Origin: an uncultured Gammaproteobacteria bacterium | GTDB taxonomy: Bacteria > Patescibacteriota > Patescibacteriia > SG8-24 > DYFX01 | Direction of reading: 5' to 3' | DNA length: 64,000 nt | NCBI GenBank assembly: GCA_964400625.1 | Contig: CAYNUS010000004.1 | Location: 26,164-90,163 of the forward strand | Part shown: positions 40,383 to 50,044 of the stretch, one piece after another | Layout of the letters: each line of letters begins with the position of its first letter | Numbering within the stretch: position 1 is the stretch's first letter | Notes under the pieces: generated by a model | The model's input: the letters and a program-made list of their open reading frames with translations, nothing else | What the model was told of the DNA's origin: nothing | Database searches by the model: none | Program-made: the position numbers and the translations under genes

Positions 40383-40886
40383 ATGCAGGTCCCGAAACGA
40401 AAACCTGGAAAGTACGCGCCTGGCCCCGCCGATTACCACCTCACCCATGAGGCGATCCGGAAGCTCAGGGAGGAGCTCGAGCGCATCGAGACGCACGTGC
40501 GTCCGCGCGCCGTCGAGGAGCTCCGCCGCACCCGCGAGATGGGCGACCTCTCGGAGAACTTCGCGTACACGGCCGCCAAGGGGAAGCTCCTGGGGCTCGA
40601 CACGCGCATCATGGAGATCAAGGACCGCCTGAAGAACGCGGTGCCGATCGCGCACGGCGCCGCCAAGGACGGGAGCGCGCGCATCGGCGCGACCGTCACG
40701 GTCGAGGTGAACGGCAAGCGCCGCGTCTTCGACATCGTCGGCTCGCAGGAAGCGGCGCCCGGCAGCGGCAGCATCTCGTACCTCTCCCCGCTCGGCGCCG
40801 CGCTCATGGGCCGCAAGGCCGGCGAACGCGCGGCGATCGAGGCCAACGGCAAGCGCGTCGAGTATCTCGTCATCGAAGTGAAATGA
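40383..40886 (+). CDS. greA: transcription elongation factor GreA
   Basis: 167 aa with an N-terminal coiled coil, conserved acidic tip (D..E), and a C-terminal FKBP-like domain. Confidence 0.88.
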   Translation: MQVPKRKPGKYAPGPADYHLTHEAIRKLREELERIETHVRPRAVEELRRTREMGDLSENFAYTAAKGKLLGLDTRIMEIKDRLKNAVPIAHGAAKDGSARIGATVTVEVNGKRRVFDIVGSQEAAPGSGSISYLSPLGAALMGRKAGERAAIEANGKRVEYLVIEVK

Positions 40887-41386
40887 GGACCGTCACCGTC
40901 AACGACAAGATGCAGCGCGGCTACCGCTACCGGCTCACGGCCCGACCGGGCCGCGATTTCGATCCGGAGTTCCGGCCGGACCTCTCGCCGAAGGAGATGC
41001 TCGCGCTCGGCGTCTTCGGCGGGAAGTACATGACCGACTGCCGGAAGGAATTCCCCGCCGCCTGGTTCGCCAAGGCGAAGCTCTCGCCGGCGCGGAAGGA
41101 GCCGAAGCTGAACTTCTTCAAGGTCGACGCCAGCCAGCCGCTCAAGGAGTGGGTACGGAAAGGCTGGATCCATCCCGACGACCCGCGCGGCTGGTTCCAG
41201 TGGTATTGCCGCTATTGGATGGGGCGGAGGATGCCGGACGAGGACCGTCGGCAGATCAAGCGCTGGAAGATGATGCTGCGCCACGTCGCGCAGATCAAGA
41301 AAGGCTGCGAGCCCGGCGCGCTCCACTGCCGTCCGAAACAGCGGCAGGCGCTCCTGCACTGGGCGTACGACAGCCGCAAGATCTGA
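40883..41386 (+). CDS. conserved hypothetical protein (GWFQWYCRYW motif)
   Basis: 167 aa. Overlaps greA by 4 nt, which suggests co-transcription. Confidence 0.5.
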   Translation: MRTVTVNDKMQRGYRYRLTARPGRDFDPEFRPDLSPKEMLALGVFGGKYMTDCRKEFPAAWFAKAKLSPARKEPKLNFFKVDASQPLKEWVRKGWIHPDDPRGWFQWYCRYWMGRRMPDEDRRQIKRWKMMLRHVAQIKKGCEPGALHCRPKQRQALLHWAYDSRKI

Positions 41387-41400
41387 AACCGAAACGGCGG

Positions 41401-42414
41401 TCACCCGCCGTTTTTGAGATACCGATCGAAGAATTCGACGGTGCGCCGCATCACGAGCGGCCAGGCCGCGGCGAACTCGTGCGGCTCGCCTTCGTAGGCG
41501 TGGAACGTCAGGTCCTTGCCGGCGTCCTTGAAGGCCGCATCGAGCCGCTCGGCCCAGACGAACGGCGTCGATTCGTCGGCGGTGCCGTGGTGCAGCAGGA
41601 CGGGCGCCCGCACGCGGTCGAGATGCGCGATGGCCGAGACGCCGTCCCAGAACTCCGGCGCGTCGGCAGGTTCGCCGTACGCCTCCACGATACGCTCCGC
41701 CGTCTCGCGCCGGGTGCGCATCCAGCGCTCGAAGTTGTCGCGCGCGTCGCCCGAGACCGGGGCGAAGAGCACGGCGGCGTCGACGAGCTCCGGGACCGCG
41801 ACCAGCGCGTTCAGCGTCACGCCGCCGCCCATCGAATGCCCGAGCATGCCGACCCGCTCGGCATCGACGCGCGGGACCTTCGCCTCGCGCACGGCCAGGA
41901 CGGCGTTCACGGCGTCTTCGACGTAGCCCAGGCGGAGCTTCAGGTCGGCATCGGGATCGGCGTCCGAAGACGCGTGGCCGCGGTAATCGGTGTGCAGGAC
42001 GGCGTATCCTGCGTTCGCCAAGTAATCCTGTTCGCGCCGCAATCCCCTGCCGTTCGTGTAGATGGCGGGGTCGATGTAGCCGTGGTTCAGCACGAGGAGC
42101 GGGAACGGCCCTTCGCCTTTCGGGACGTTCATCACGCCGGAGATCCTGAGCCCGCCGCTCATGTACGAGATCTCGTGGCGGACGTACGCGGCGGTTTCGG
42201 CGAGCGTGCGGACGAAGGCGAGGCCGCGGCCGTCGAAGGCCGTGCGCGAGAGCGCTTCGAGCGAGACGGGGTGCGGCGCGGCGCGGACGATGCCGACGGC
42301 CGCGATGGGCCGGACCTCGCCCTCGCGCGCGGCGCCGCCGATGGCGTAGCCCCAGGTCGCCGTCAGCAGGACGGCCACCACGGCCAGCGTCAGGCGCTGT
42401 CTCCTCGTGGTCAT
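41401..42414 (-). CDS. alpha/beta hydrolase (S9 / dienelactone hydrolase-like), secreted or membrane-anchored
   Basis: GHSMGG nucleophile elbow with downstream Asp and His. N-terminal signal/anchor. Confidence 0.75.
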   Translation of the reverse strand: MTTRRQRLTLAVVAVLLTATWGYAIGGAAREGEVRPIAAVGIVRAAPHPVSLEALSRTAFDGRGLAFVRTLAETAAYVRHEISYMSGGLRISGVMNVPKGEGPFPLLVLNHGYIDPAIYTNGRGLRREQDYLANAGYAVLHTDYRGHASSDADPDADLKLRLGYVEDAVNAVLAVREAKVPRVDAERVGMLGHSMGGGVTLNALVAVPELVDAAVLFAPVSGDARDNFERWMRTRRETAERIVEAYGEPADAPEFWDGVSAIAHLDRVRAPVLLHHGTADESTPFVWAERLDAAFKDAGKDLTFHAYEGEPHEFAAAWPLVMRRTVEFFDRYLKNGG

Positions 42415-44834
42415 GGCAGGAAATCAGGATGCACGCGGATCAGCTTGTCGTCCCCCGCCTTCGGCGCGCCGCGGCCGTCCCGGTTCGAGGTGCTGACGTA
42501 CAGCGCGTCGGGACCGAGCGCCACGCCGCGCAGACGCCCGTAGACGCCCTTGAAATGCTCCGTGAACGCCGCGACGTTCCCGGCAGCATCGAGCTTGGCC
42601 TCGTAGAGCGTCTCGCCCTTGAGGCCGGCGAAGAAGAGGCTCCCGCCGACGTACGCCAGGCCGGACGGCGCCCAGGTGACGTTCGCGCCCGAGTGCCGGA
42701 CGGGCCGCTCCATGCCGGCGACGCTCATGTCGCCTTGGATGACGGGCCAGCCGTAGTTTTTGCCCTTCTCGATCAGGTTGAGCTCGTCGTAACCGGAGAG
42801 CGCGCCGGAGCGTCCATGTTCCGTCTGCCACATGCGGCCTTGGGCGTCCCAGGCGATGCCTTGCGCGTTGCGATGGCCGTAGGACCAGACGTAGGTGCCG
42901 AACGGGTTGTCGGACGGGATGCCGCCTTCCGGCGTGAGCCGGAGCGTCTTGCCCGCGAGCGAGGCGAGGTCCTGCGCGAGGTCCGGAGAATTCGCGTCCC
43001 CGGTCGTGACATAGAGCATGCCGTCGGGTCCGAAGGCGATCTGTCCGCCGTCGTGGTAGAGCGCCGCCGGGATGGCGTCGAGGATCATCTTGTCCTCGAT
43101 GAGCCGCGCGCCTTCGAGCCGGAAGCGCTGGATGCGGTTGCGCTGGCCGTTCTCCGCCGTCGTGAAGTAGAGGTAGACGTAGCCGTTCGCCGCGAACTCG
43201 GGATGCAGCGCCATGCCCATGAGGCCTCCCTCGCCCGTATGCAGGACGTCCGGGATGTCGATCTCCGCCGGCGTCTTGCCGATGCGCCGCAAGGTGCCGG
43301 GGCGCTCCGTGACGAGCAGGTCGCCGTCGGGCAGGAAGACGACGTCCCATGGCACGGCGAGGTCCCGCGCGGCGGTGCCGGTGCCGTACGCCTTGAAGTC
43401 ATGGTCGTTCACGAGGTGCACCGAGGCCATCGGATAGCCCTTCGCGCGCAGCGAATCGTGCGTGCCGAGATGCTCCTTGCGGTTCAAGGAATACGCCTCG
43501 CCGGAGCGGACGATGAGATCGGTCTCCGGATAGCTCGCGAATTCCGTCTCCGTGACTTCGGCCACCGGCGCGTTCGTCCAGCCATAGGAGGCCATGACCG
43601 ACGGGTCGAGCAGCTTGCGCCGCCAGAGCGCGTCGTTCAGCAGGAAGATCTGCGGCGCGCCTTTCATGCGCACGAGCCGCTCGTTCGGGATGGCGTTCAC
43701 GACGCCGCGCGGCAGGACGTACACGTCGCTCCACGAATACCCGTACGACGCGAAGACCGCCTCGTCCTTCAGGTGGCGCTTCTTGCCGCCGTTCACGACA
43801 TAGACCTTCCCGTCGCCTTCGGCCTGCACGAGCATGTGCTCCGGATAGCGGTTGCTCGAGGTCGCGTAGGGCGACATGTCCGCGACGACGCGGAGCGTGC
43901 GCGCGGCGGGATCGAGCTCCACCAGCGTCACGCTCACGTTGTTGTCGCGGCGGCTCTCGGTGAAATGCCGTTCGGGATCGACGTCGAAACTGAGCTTGTA
44001 GATGCCTTTCGGCAGGCCCTGCACGTCGAAATACTGGTCCGGCAGGGTGTACGGATAGACGTCGGCCCAGCCGACCGAGACGCCCTGCTTGCCGCCCTCG
44101 CAGCCGCCGTATTTCCGGGGCTGATCCGGACCTTCGGCCGCCGGCGCCATGGCCGTGTCGTCGCGCATGCAGAAGGTCGTCTTCTGCGTCAGGATCGAAC
44201 CGCCCGCCCCCGTGCCCGACGCGGGACGGACGAGTTCGAGACGGTACTCGCCGAAATCGTCGTAGTGGTAGTGCACGTGGACGTCGTGCCAGAAGAGCAC
44301 GCCGACCGGCACGTCCCGATAGGCGCCGTCCGCGTGGAAGATGCGCTGGGAGGCCGGATGGTCCCCGTCGCCGTCCTGGTCGGATTGCGCGTTCAGCTCG
44401 AAGGCGCCCTTGCCGCGGTTCCAGAAGGTGGCCGTGAACTTGAGCGCCGTGCGTCCGCCGATCGTGGCGTAGCGCAGATCATAGCCGGCCGCCGGCGCGA
44501 GGTCCGGGAGCAGGGCGCGTTCGAGCGGAAGCCCGAGGTTCACCGCCTCGATGATGTCCGCGCCGGCCGGATAGGCCGCGAGCGCGGCGTCGTCGACGGT
44601 CGTGACGTCCGTCCACCGGAAGCCCTGCGCCGCGAAGGCGAGCTCGTTCTCGATCCAGCGGCGCTTGCCGTCCTGGATGTAGTAGACCTTGGTGTCGGAG
44701 ACGCCGCGCAGCAGCATGCCGTCCGGCAGGAGCGGAGCGGCGAAGGCGACCTGTACGGCCATGATCTGCGACAGGAGCGTCGCGGCGGCGGCCATCGCGA
44801 TGACGGAAAGGAGGCGCATGGGGAACGGAAACAT
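42411..44834 (-). CDS. secreted multidomain protein: lysyl-oxidase-like domain fused to PQQ-dependent sugar (glucose/sorbosone) dehydrogenase beta-propeller
   Basis: 807 aa with a signal peptide. FWHDVHVHYHYDDFGEYRLEL matches the LOX copper-site pattern [22 protein letters not shown], and the downstream GIYKLSFDVDP resembles PGNYILKVSVNP. The C-terminal 320 aa carry GSDH motifs (HxG..AF.PDG.LYV..GD). Overlaps the hydrolase by 4 nt. Confidence 0.7.
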   Translation of the reverse strand: MFPFPMRLLSVIAMAAAATLLSQIMAVQVAFAAPLLPDGMLLRGVSDTKVYYIQDGKRRWIENELAFAAQGFRWTDVTTVDDAALAAYPAGADIIEAVNLGLPLERALLPDLAPAAGYDLRYATIGGRTALKFTATFWNRGKGAFELNAQSDQDGDGDHPASQRIFHADGAYRDVPVGVLFWHDVHVHYHYDDFGEYRLELVRPASGTGAGGSILTQKTTFCMRDDTAMAPAAEGPDQPRKYGGCEGGKQGVSVGWADVYPYTLPDQYFDVQGLPKGIYKLSFDVDPERHFTESRRDNNVSVTLVELDPAARTLRVVADMSPYATSSNRYPEHMLVQAEGDGKVYVVNGGKKRHLKDEAVFASYGYSWSDVYVLPRGVVNAIPNERLVRMKGAPQIFLLNDALWRRKLLDPSVMASYGWTNAPVAEVTETEFASYPETDLIVRSGEAYSLNRKEHLGTHDSLRAKGYPMASVHLVNDHDFKAYGTGTAARDLAVPWDVVFLPDGDLLVTERPGTLRRIGKTPAEIDIPDVLHTGEGGLMGMALHPEFAANGYVYLYFTTAENGQRNRIQRFRLEGARLIEDKMILDAIPAALYHDGGQIAFGPDGMLYVTTGDANSPDLAQDLASLAGKTLRLTPEGGIPSDNPFGTYVWSYGHRNAQGIAWDAQGRMWQTEHGRSGALSGYDELNLIEKGKNYGWPVIQGDMSVAGMERPVRHSGANVTWAPSGLAYVGGSLFFAGLKGETLYEAKLDAAGNVAAFTEHFKGVYGRLRGVALGPDALYVSTSNRDGRGAPKAGDDKLIRVHPDFLP

Positions 44835-44897
44835 GATTCTCCCGTGCAGTATAGCACGCCCTCGGACGAAAAAAGCGCCCGGTCAGGCGCTCTCCCG

Positions 44898-46136
44898 TCA
44901 CGCGCCCCGTGCGGCGCTCTCGCCCGCGACGCGCCCGGCGGCCCACGAAGCCTGCAGGTTGAACCCTCCGGTGAAGCCGTCGATGTCGAGGATCTCCCCG
45001 GCGAAGAAGAGTCCGGGGGAAATCTTCGATTCCATCGTCTTCGGATCGACGTCCTTGAGGTCGACGCCGCCGGCCGTGACGAACTCGTCCCCCGCCCCGC
45101 GCCCGATGACGGCGAGCGGGATCCCCTTCAGCCACTCGGAGATCTTGCGGATGTCCTTCTTCGGCACGCCGCCAGCGATCGCCTCCGGATCCAGTCCGAG
45201 GTCGCCGCACAGCGCGAGCGCCAGCGACTTCGACATCGTGAAATCGAGCACGTTGACGAGGCTCTTGCGCGGATGCTCGCGGAGCGCCTGCTCGAGCCCG
45301 CGATAGAGGTCCTCTTCGGCCCGGTCCGGGAACAGGTCGATCTTGAGACGCATCGGCGCGGCGGGTCCGTACGTCTCGAAGGCGACGAGGCTCGAGAGCG
45401 CGAAGACGGCCGGACCGCTCACGCCGCGGTGGGTGAAGAGCATCGGACCGGTGAATTCGTAGGCCTTGGCGAACTTCGTCCGCAGGCGCGCCCTCTCTGA
45501 CGAGAAGCCGGAGACGTCTTTCGGCCACGTCTCCTTCGTGAAGAAGGAGTTGAGGCTCGGCGCCAGCGGCGTGACGCGGTGCCCGAGCGCTTCCGCGAAG
45601 GCGTACCCGTCGCCGGTCGATCCCGTGTGGCGGAAGGCCTGGCCGCCCGTGGTGAGGATGACGCGGTCGGCGCCCAAGGGATCGCCTTCCTTGAAATGGA
45701 TCAGGTAGCCGCCGTCCTTCCGTTCCACGCGGACGACATGGCGCTTCAGCATCACGCGCACGTTCGAGCCCTCGAACAGGCGCTCGAAGGCGCCGACGAC
45801 GTCGTGGCCGTCGTCCGACTGCGGGAACGTCCGCAGGTCCTCCTCGATCTTGAGCGGGACGCCGTGCGCTTCGAACCAGGCGTAGACGGCTTCCGGCGGG
45901 AAGCGCCGCATGGCGGAGTTCAGGAACTTGCCGCCGCGCGGATACTTCGAAAGCACCTCGCGGATGTCGCGCAGGCCCGTCGTGACGTTGCAGCGTCCGC
46001 CGCCGGAGATGATGACCTTCTTGCCGAGCCCGTCGTTGCGCTCGATCAGGAAGACTTCGGTTTCCGGAGACGTCTCATGGATGGCGGCGGCGGCCATGAG
46101 CCCGGCCGCGCCTCCGCCGATGACGGCGATCTTCAT
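44898..46136 (-). CDS. NAD(P)/FAD-dependent oxidoreductase, HI0933/BaiN family
   Basis: 412 aa with GGGAAG dinucleotide fold and C-terminal motifs. Confidence 0.85.
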   Translation of the reverse strand: MKIAVIGGGAAGLMAAAAIHETSPETEVFLIERNDGLGKKVIISGGGRCNVTTGLRDIREVLSKYPRGGKFLNSAMRRFPPEAVYAWFEAHGVPLKIEEDLRTFPQSDDGHDVVGAFERLFEGSNVRVMLKRHVVRVERKDGGYLIHFKEGDPLGADRVILTTGGQAFRHTGSTGDGYAFAEALGHRVTPLAPSLNSFFTKETWPKDVSGFSSERARLRTKFAKAYEFTGPMLFTHRGVSGPAVFALSSLVAFETYGPAAPMRLKIDLFPDRAEEDLYRGLEQALREHPRKSLVNVLDFTMSKSLALALCGDLGLDPEAIAGGVPKKDIRKISEWLKGIPLAVIGRGAGDEFVTAGGVDLKDVDPKTMESKISPGLFFAGEILDIDGFTGGFNLQASWAAGRVAGESAARGA

Positions 46137-46145
46137 GGCTACAGC

Positions 46146-47621
46146 CTACCACGCCCGCTCCTCCGCGTGGTCGCGGATGGTCTGGAGGAAGACCTCGCCG
46201 AAGGTCTCGAGCTTCTTCTCGCCGACGCCCGGGATGACGGAGAATTCCGCCCGCGTGACCGGGCGCTGGGAGGCCATGGCGCGCAGGCTGACGTCGCCGA
46301 AGATCATGTACGGCGGCACGCGGCGGATGGCGGCCAGGCGCTTGCGGAGCGCGCGTAGGCGTTCGAACAGCGCGGCGTCGGCGTCGTTCGCGACGACGGT
46401 CGCCCTCTTCTTCGGGACGGGTTCCTCGCGGATCGTCGTGCCGAGGCAGACGTCGCAGCCGCCGCAGTTCTCCGCTCCGGGCGTCTCGCCGAAATACGAA
46501 AGCAGGAAGCGGCGGCGGCAGGATTTCAGGTCGCCGTACCGGATGACGGCGTCGAGCTTCTTCTGCGCCTCCTCGCGCGCCGGGCCGTGCTCCATCCCGT
46601 TGATGAAGAACATCTGCTTGCGGCGGTCGCCGTACGAGAAGAAGAGCACGCATTCCGACGGCAGGCCGTCGCGTCCGGCGCGCCCAGTCTCCTGGTAGTA
46701 GCCCTCGACGGATTTCGGCAGATCGCAGTGCGCCACGAGCCGGACGTCCGGCTTGTCGATGCCCATGCCGAAGGCGATCGTCGCCACCACGACGTCGATC
46801 TCGTCCTTGATGAAGCGGTCCTGCGTGCGCGCCCGGAGGTCAGGCGTCAGCCCCGCATGATACGGCGCGGCCTTGAAGCCCTTGGCGCGCAGCTCCTTGG
46901 CCAGCGCTTCGGTATCCTTGCGCGAGAAGCAGTACAGGATGGCGCTCTCGCCGCGGTACTTCTCGAGCGTCGCGTACAATCCCGCCCAGCCCTTGCGCTT
47001 CGGCGCGACGGAATACGTCAGGTTCGGCCGGTTGAAGCTCGAGATGAAGGTCCGCGGCTCGCGCAGGTGCAGCTGGCGGATGATGTCGCGCCGGACCTCC
47101 ATCGTGGCGGTCGCCGTGAGCGCGATGGTCGGCGCGTTCGGGAACTCCATGCGGAGGACCGTGAGGTTGCGGTAGTCGGGACGGAAATCATGCCCCCATT
47201 CGGAGACGCAATGCGCCTCGTCGACGGCGACGAGCTTCACGTCGAGCTTCGAGAGGAACGCGCGGAAGTCCGGCGTGGCCAGGCGCTCAGGCGCGACGTA
47301 CAGCAGCCGCAAGCCGCCGGACAGCGCCTTCCGCTTCACCGCGTCGATCTCGCCGCCGTCGAGCGCGCTGTTGATGTAGGCCGCCGGCACGCCGTTCGTC
47401 GTGAGCTGGTCCACCTGGTCCTTCATGAGCGCGATGAGCGGAGAGACGACGATCGTGAGCCCACCCGTCACGAGCGACGGCATCTGGAAACACAAGGACT
47501 TCCCGCCGCCCGTGGGCATGAGCGCGAGGCAGTCCTTCCCGTCGAGCACGTGGCGGATGATGTCCTCCTGGAGCGGGCGGAAACGATCGTAGCCGAAGTG
47601 GCGCTTGAGGATGTCGAGCAT
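46146..47621 (-). CDS. recQ: ATP-dependent DNA helicase RecQ (short form, no HRDC)
   Basis: DEAH box, Walker A PTGGGKS, and RecQ Zn-binding Cys cluster (CGGCDVC). Confidence 0.9.
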   Translation of the reverse strand: MLDILKRHFGYDRFRPLQEDIIRHVLDGKDCLALMPTGGGKSLCFQMPSLVTGGLTIVVSPLIALMKDQVDQLTTNGVPAAYINSALDGGEIDAVKRKALSGGLRLLYVAPERLATPDFRAFLSKLDVKLVAVDEAHCVSEWGHDFRPDYRNLTVLRMEFPNAPTIALTATATMEVRRDIIRQLHLREPRTFISSFNRPNLTYSVAPKRKGWAGLYATLEKYRGESAILYCFSRKDTEALAKELRAKGFKAAPYHAGLTPDLRARTQDRFIKDEIDVVVATIAFGMGIDKPDVRLVAHCDLPKSVEGYYQETGRAGRDGLPSECVLFFSYGDRRKQMFFINGMEHGPAREEAQKKLDAVIRYGDLKSCRRRFLLSYFGETPGAENCGGCDVCLGTTIREEPVPKKRATVVANDADAALFERLRALRKRLAAIRRVPPYMIFGDVSLRAMASQRPVTRAEFSVIPGVGEKKLETFGEVFLQTIRDHAEERAW

Positions 47622-47683
47622 GGGATCGGCGCGTTCGTGAATGATGCCGCCGGCCTACCGGAAACCGCCCCGCGCACGCAAGC

Positions 47684-48463
47684 CTAGGCCCGCATGCCGG
47701 TCCCCTTCCTCAGGAGATGCAGGTTGAGCACGGCCAGCGCGACGACGACGGCCGCGATGACGAGCGCGCTCCTCCAGACGGGGATCCCCGCGGTGCCGAA
47801 GAACCCGTAACGGAAGCCGTCGACCATGTAGAGGATGGGGTTGAGGGACGAGACCTTCTGCCAGAACGGCGGCAGCTGCTGCACCGAATAGAAGACGCCG
47901 CCAAGGTACGTGAGCGGCACGAGCACGAAGGTCGAGAAGATGCTGGTGTCGTCGAACTTCTTGGCGAAGACGGCGTTCAGGAAGCCCGCCATCGAGAAGA
48001 GCAGGCTCGTGAGGAACAGGAAGGCGATGACGGCCCAGGGGTGCGCGACGGTCGGGGGCACGAAGAGCGCGGAAACGGCGTAGACGAGGCCGCCCGTCAC
48101 GACGCCGCGGAAGACGCCGCCCGACGCGTAGCCGGCGAGCATCACCCAGTCCGGCGTCGGCGAGACCATGATCTCCTCGATGTTGCGCATGAACTTCGCG
48201 GTGAAGAAGGCGCTCACCACGTTGCCGAAGCTGTTCTGGATGACGGCCATCATGACGAGGCCCGGCACGATGAAGGCCATGTACGGCACGCCGCCCATCT
48301 CACCGACGCGCGAGCCGATGAAGCCGCCGAAGATCAGGAAGTACAGCGATTGCGTGATGAGCGGCGGCAGCAGGGTCTGCGGCCAGATGCGGAAGATGCG
48401 CACGGCTTCCTTGCGGAGCATCGTGCGGTAGGCGTTCCAGGCGATCGTGATGCGGGGATTCAT
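47684..48463 (-). CDS. ABC-2 type transporter permease
   Basis: 259 aa with 6 TM helices. Overlaps the ATPase gene by 4 nt. Confidence 0.8.
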   Translation of the reverse strand: MNPRITIAWNAYRTMLRKEAVRIFRIWPQTLLPPLITQSLYFLIFGGFIGSRVGEMGGVPYMAFIVPGLVMMAVIQNSFGNVVSAFFTAKFMRNIEEIMVSPTPDWVMLAGYASGGVFRGVVTGGLVYAVSALFVPPTVAHPWAVIAFLFLTSLLFSMAGFLNAVFAKKFDDTSIFSTFVLVPLTYLGGVFYSVQQLPPFWQKVSSLNPILYMVDGFRYGFFGTAGIPVWRSALVIAAVVVALAVLNLHLLRKGTGMRA

Positions 48464-49365
48464 TTGGAGAGGGTGGAAAGATACAGCTCCTCGACGCGGT
48501 TCTGCGCGTGGGCGGCGTCGAGCACGCGGAGTCCGGCGGCGCGGACGCGCGCGAAGAGCGCGTCGAGCGTCTCATCCTTGAGCGCCGGGACGACGGCGAC
48601 GGCGCCCTTGATCTCCTCCGCGCCGATGGCGGCGGCCTGTTCCGCGGTCGGTGCGGACGACAGCGTCAGCCGGTAGCGCCGGCCTTCCGCCTCGGCCAGG
48701 AGGCCGTGGACCGTGCCGGACTTCACGACCCCGCCGCGCTGGATGATCGTCATCGCGTTGCAGAGCTGTTCGACCTCCTCGAGGTAATGCGTGGTGAGGA
48801 GCATCGTCATGCCGCCGCCGTTGAGCTTGCGGAGGAAATCCCACATGCCGCGACGCAGCTCCACGTCGACGCCGGCGGTCGGCTCGTCGAGGATGAGCAG
48901 CTTCGGCGCGTGCACGAGGGCGCGCGCGATCATGAGGCGGCGCTTCATGCCGCCCGAAAGGGCCCGCGACGGCGCGTCGCGCTTGTCCCAGAGCCCGAGC
49001 TCCTTGAGCAGCTCGTCGGCGCGCTCCGACGCCGCGGCGCGCGTCATGCCGTAATAGCCGCCCTGCGTGATGACGATCTCGCGGACGTTCTCGAAGATAT
49101 TGAAGTTGAACTCCTGCGGCACGACGCCGACCATCGCCTTGGCGCCGTCGGGATCCTTCGCCCGGTCGATGCCGAAGACCGAGACCGCGCCGGCCGTCGG
49201 CGTGACCAGTCCGACCACGACGTTGATGAGCGTGGTCTTGCCGGCGCCGTTGGCGCCCAGCAGCGCGAAGAAATCCCCTTCCGCGACGGAAAGGTCGACG
49301 CCCTTGAGCGCCTCGACCCCGCCGTCGTAGGTCTTGCGCAATCCGGTGATCTTGAGCGCGTCCAT
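48460..49365 (-). CDS. ABC transporter ATP-binding protein
   Basis: Walker A GANGAGKTT, LSGGMKRR signature, and Walker B LILDEPT. Confidence 0.9.
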   Translation of the reverse strand: MDALKITGLRKTYDGGVEALKGVDLSVAEGDFFALLGANGAGKTTLINVVVGLVTPTAGAVSVFGIDRAKDPDGAKAMVGVVPQEFNFNIFENVREIVITQGGYYGMTRAAASERADELLKELGLWDKRDAPSRALSGGMKRRLMIARALVHAPKLLILDEPTAGVDVELRRGMWDFLRKLNGGGMTMLLTTHYLEEVEQLCNAMTIIQRGGVVKSGTVHGLLAEAEGRRYRLTLSSAPTAEQAAAIGAEEIKGAVAVVPALKDETLDALFARVRAAGLRVLDAAHAQNRVEELYLSTLSK

Positions 49366-49368
49366 GGG

Positions 49369-49974
49369 TCAGCCCTGTTTCGCCTTGATGAAGGCCGGGC
49401 GTTCGGCGCACCGCTTCATCCAGGCCGTGATGGCCGGATAGCCCGAAAGGTCGGTCTCGGCGATCTCCGCGTAGTTGAAGGTCGAGCGCGTCACGATGTC
49501 CGCGACGGTGAAGCCGGAGGGCATGACGTACTCCTTGCCCGTAAGCTGGGCCTCGAAGACGGGCAGGTACCGGTCGAGCGCGTGGCGTGCGGCGGCTTCG
49601 GCCTCTTCGGACGCGGGACGCCCCCACTTCCTCATGCAGAGCGTCACGAAGTTCTTGTCGATGTTGAGCAGCACGAAGAGCTCCCAGCGCAGCTGTTCGG
49701 CATACGCCTCGACGGAATACGGCCCGAAGAGCTTCTGGTCGTATTTCATGCCGAGGTAGTGCACCATCGCCGCAGATTCGGTGAGCACGAAACCGTCGTG
49801 GACCAGGGTCGGGATCTGGCCGGTCGGGTTCAGGGCGAGGTACTCCGGCGAACGGGTCTCTCCGGCGGCGATGTCGAGCTTCTTGGTCTCGTAGGCGAGC
49901 CCGAGTTCGGCGAGCGCCCAATGCGGGCGGAACGACGATCCGGCGGGGCCGCCGTAGACGATGATGGTGGGCAT
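49369..49974 (-). CDS. glutathione S-transferase
   Basis: Thioredoxin-like N-domain (start MPTIIVYGG) and a helical C-domain. Confidence 0.75.
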   Translation of the reverse strand: MPTIIVYGGPAGSSFRPHWALAELGLAYETKKLDIAAGETRSPEYLALNPTGQIPTLVHDGFVLTESAAMVHYLGMKYDQKLFGPYSVEAYAEQLRWELFVLLNIDKNFVTLCMRKWGRPASEEAEAAARHALDRYLPVFEAQLTGKEYVMPSGFTVADIVTRSTFNYAEIAETDLSGYPAITAWMKRCAERPAFIKAKQG

Positions 49975-50044
49975 GACGGTGCGGTAAGGAGTGATACGGA
50001 CCCGCCCATGGTACGCGCGTCGCGTCCGGACGTCCATCCTCGCC

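Noticed and set aside
42429-45500. 1023-aa plus-strand ORF antisense to the LOX-GSDH and flavoprotein genes
   Set aside because: Same GC-rich antisense artefact. The opposite strand has strong, domain-bearing proteins.
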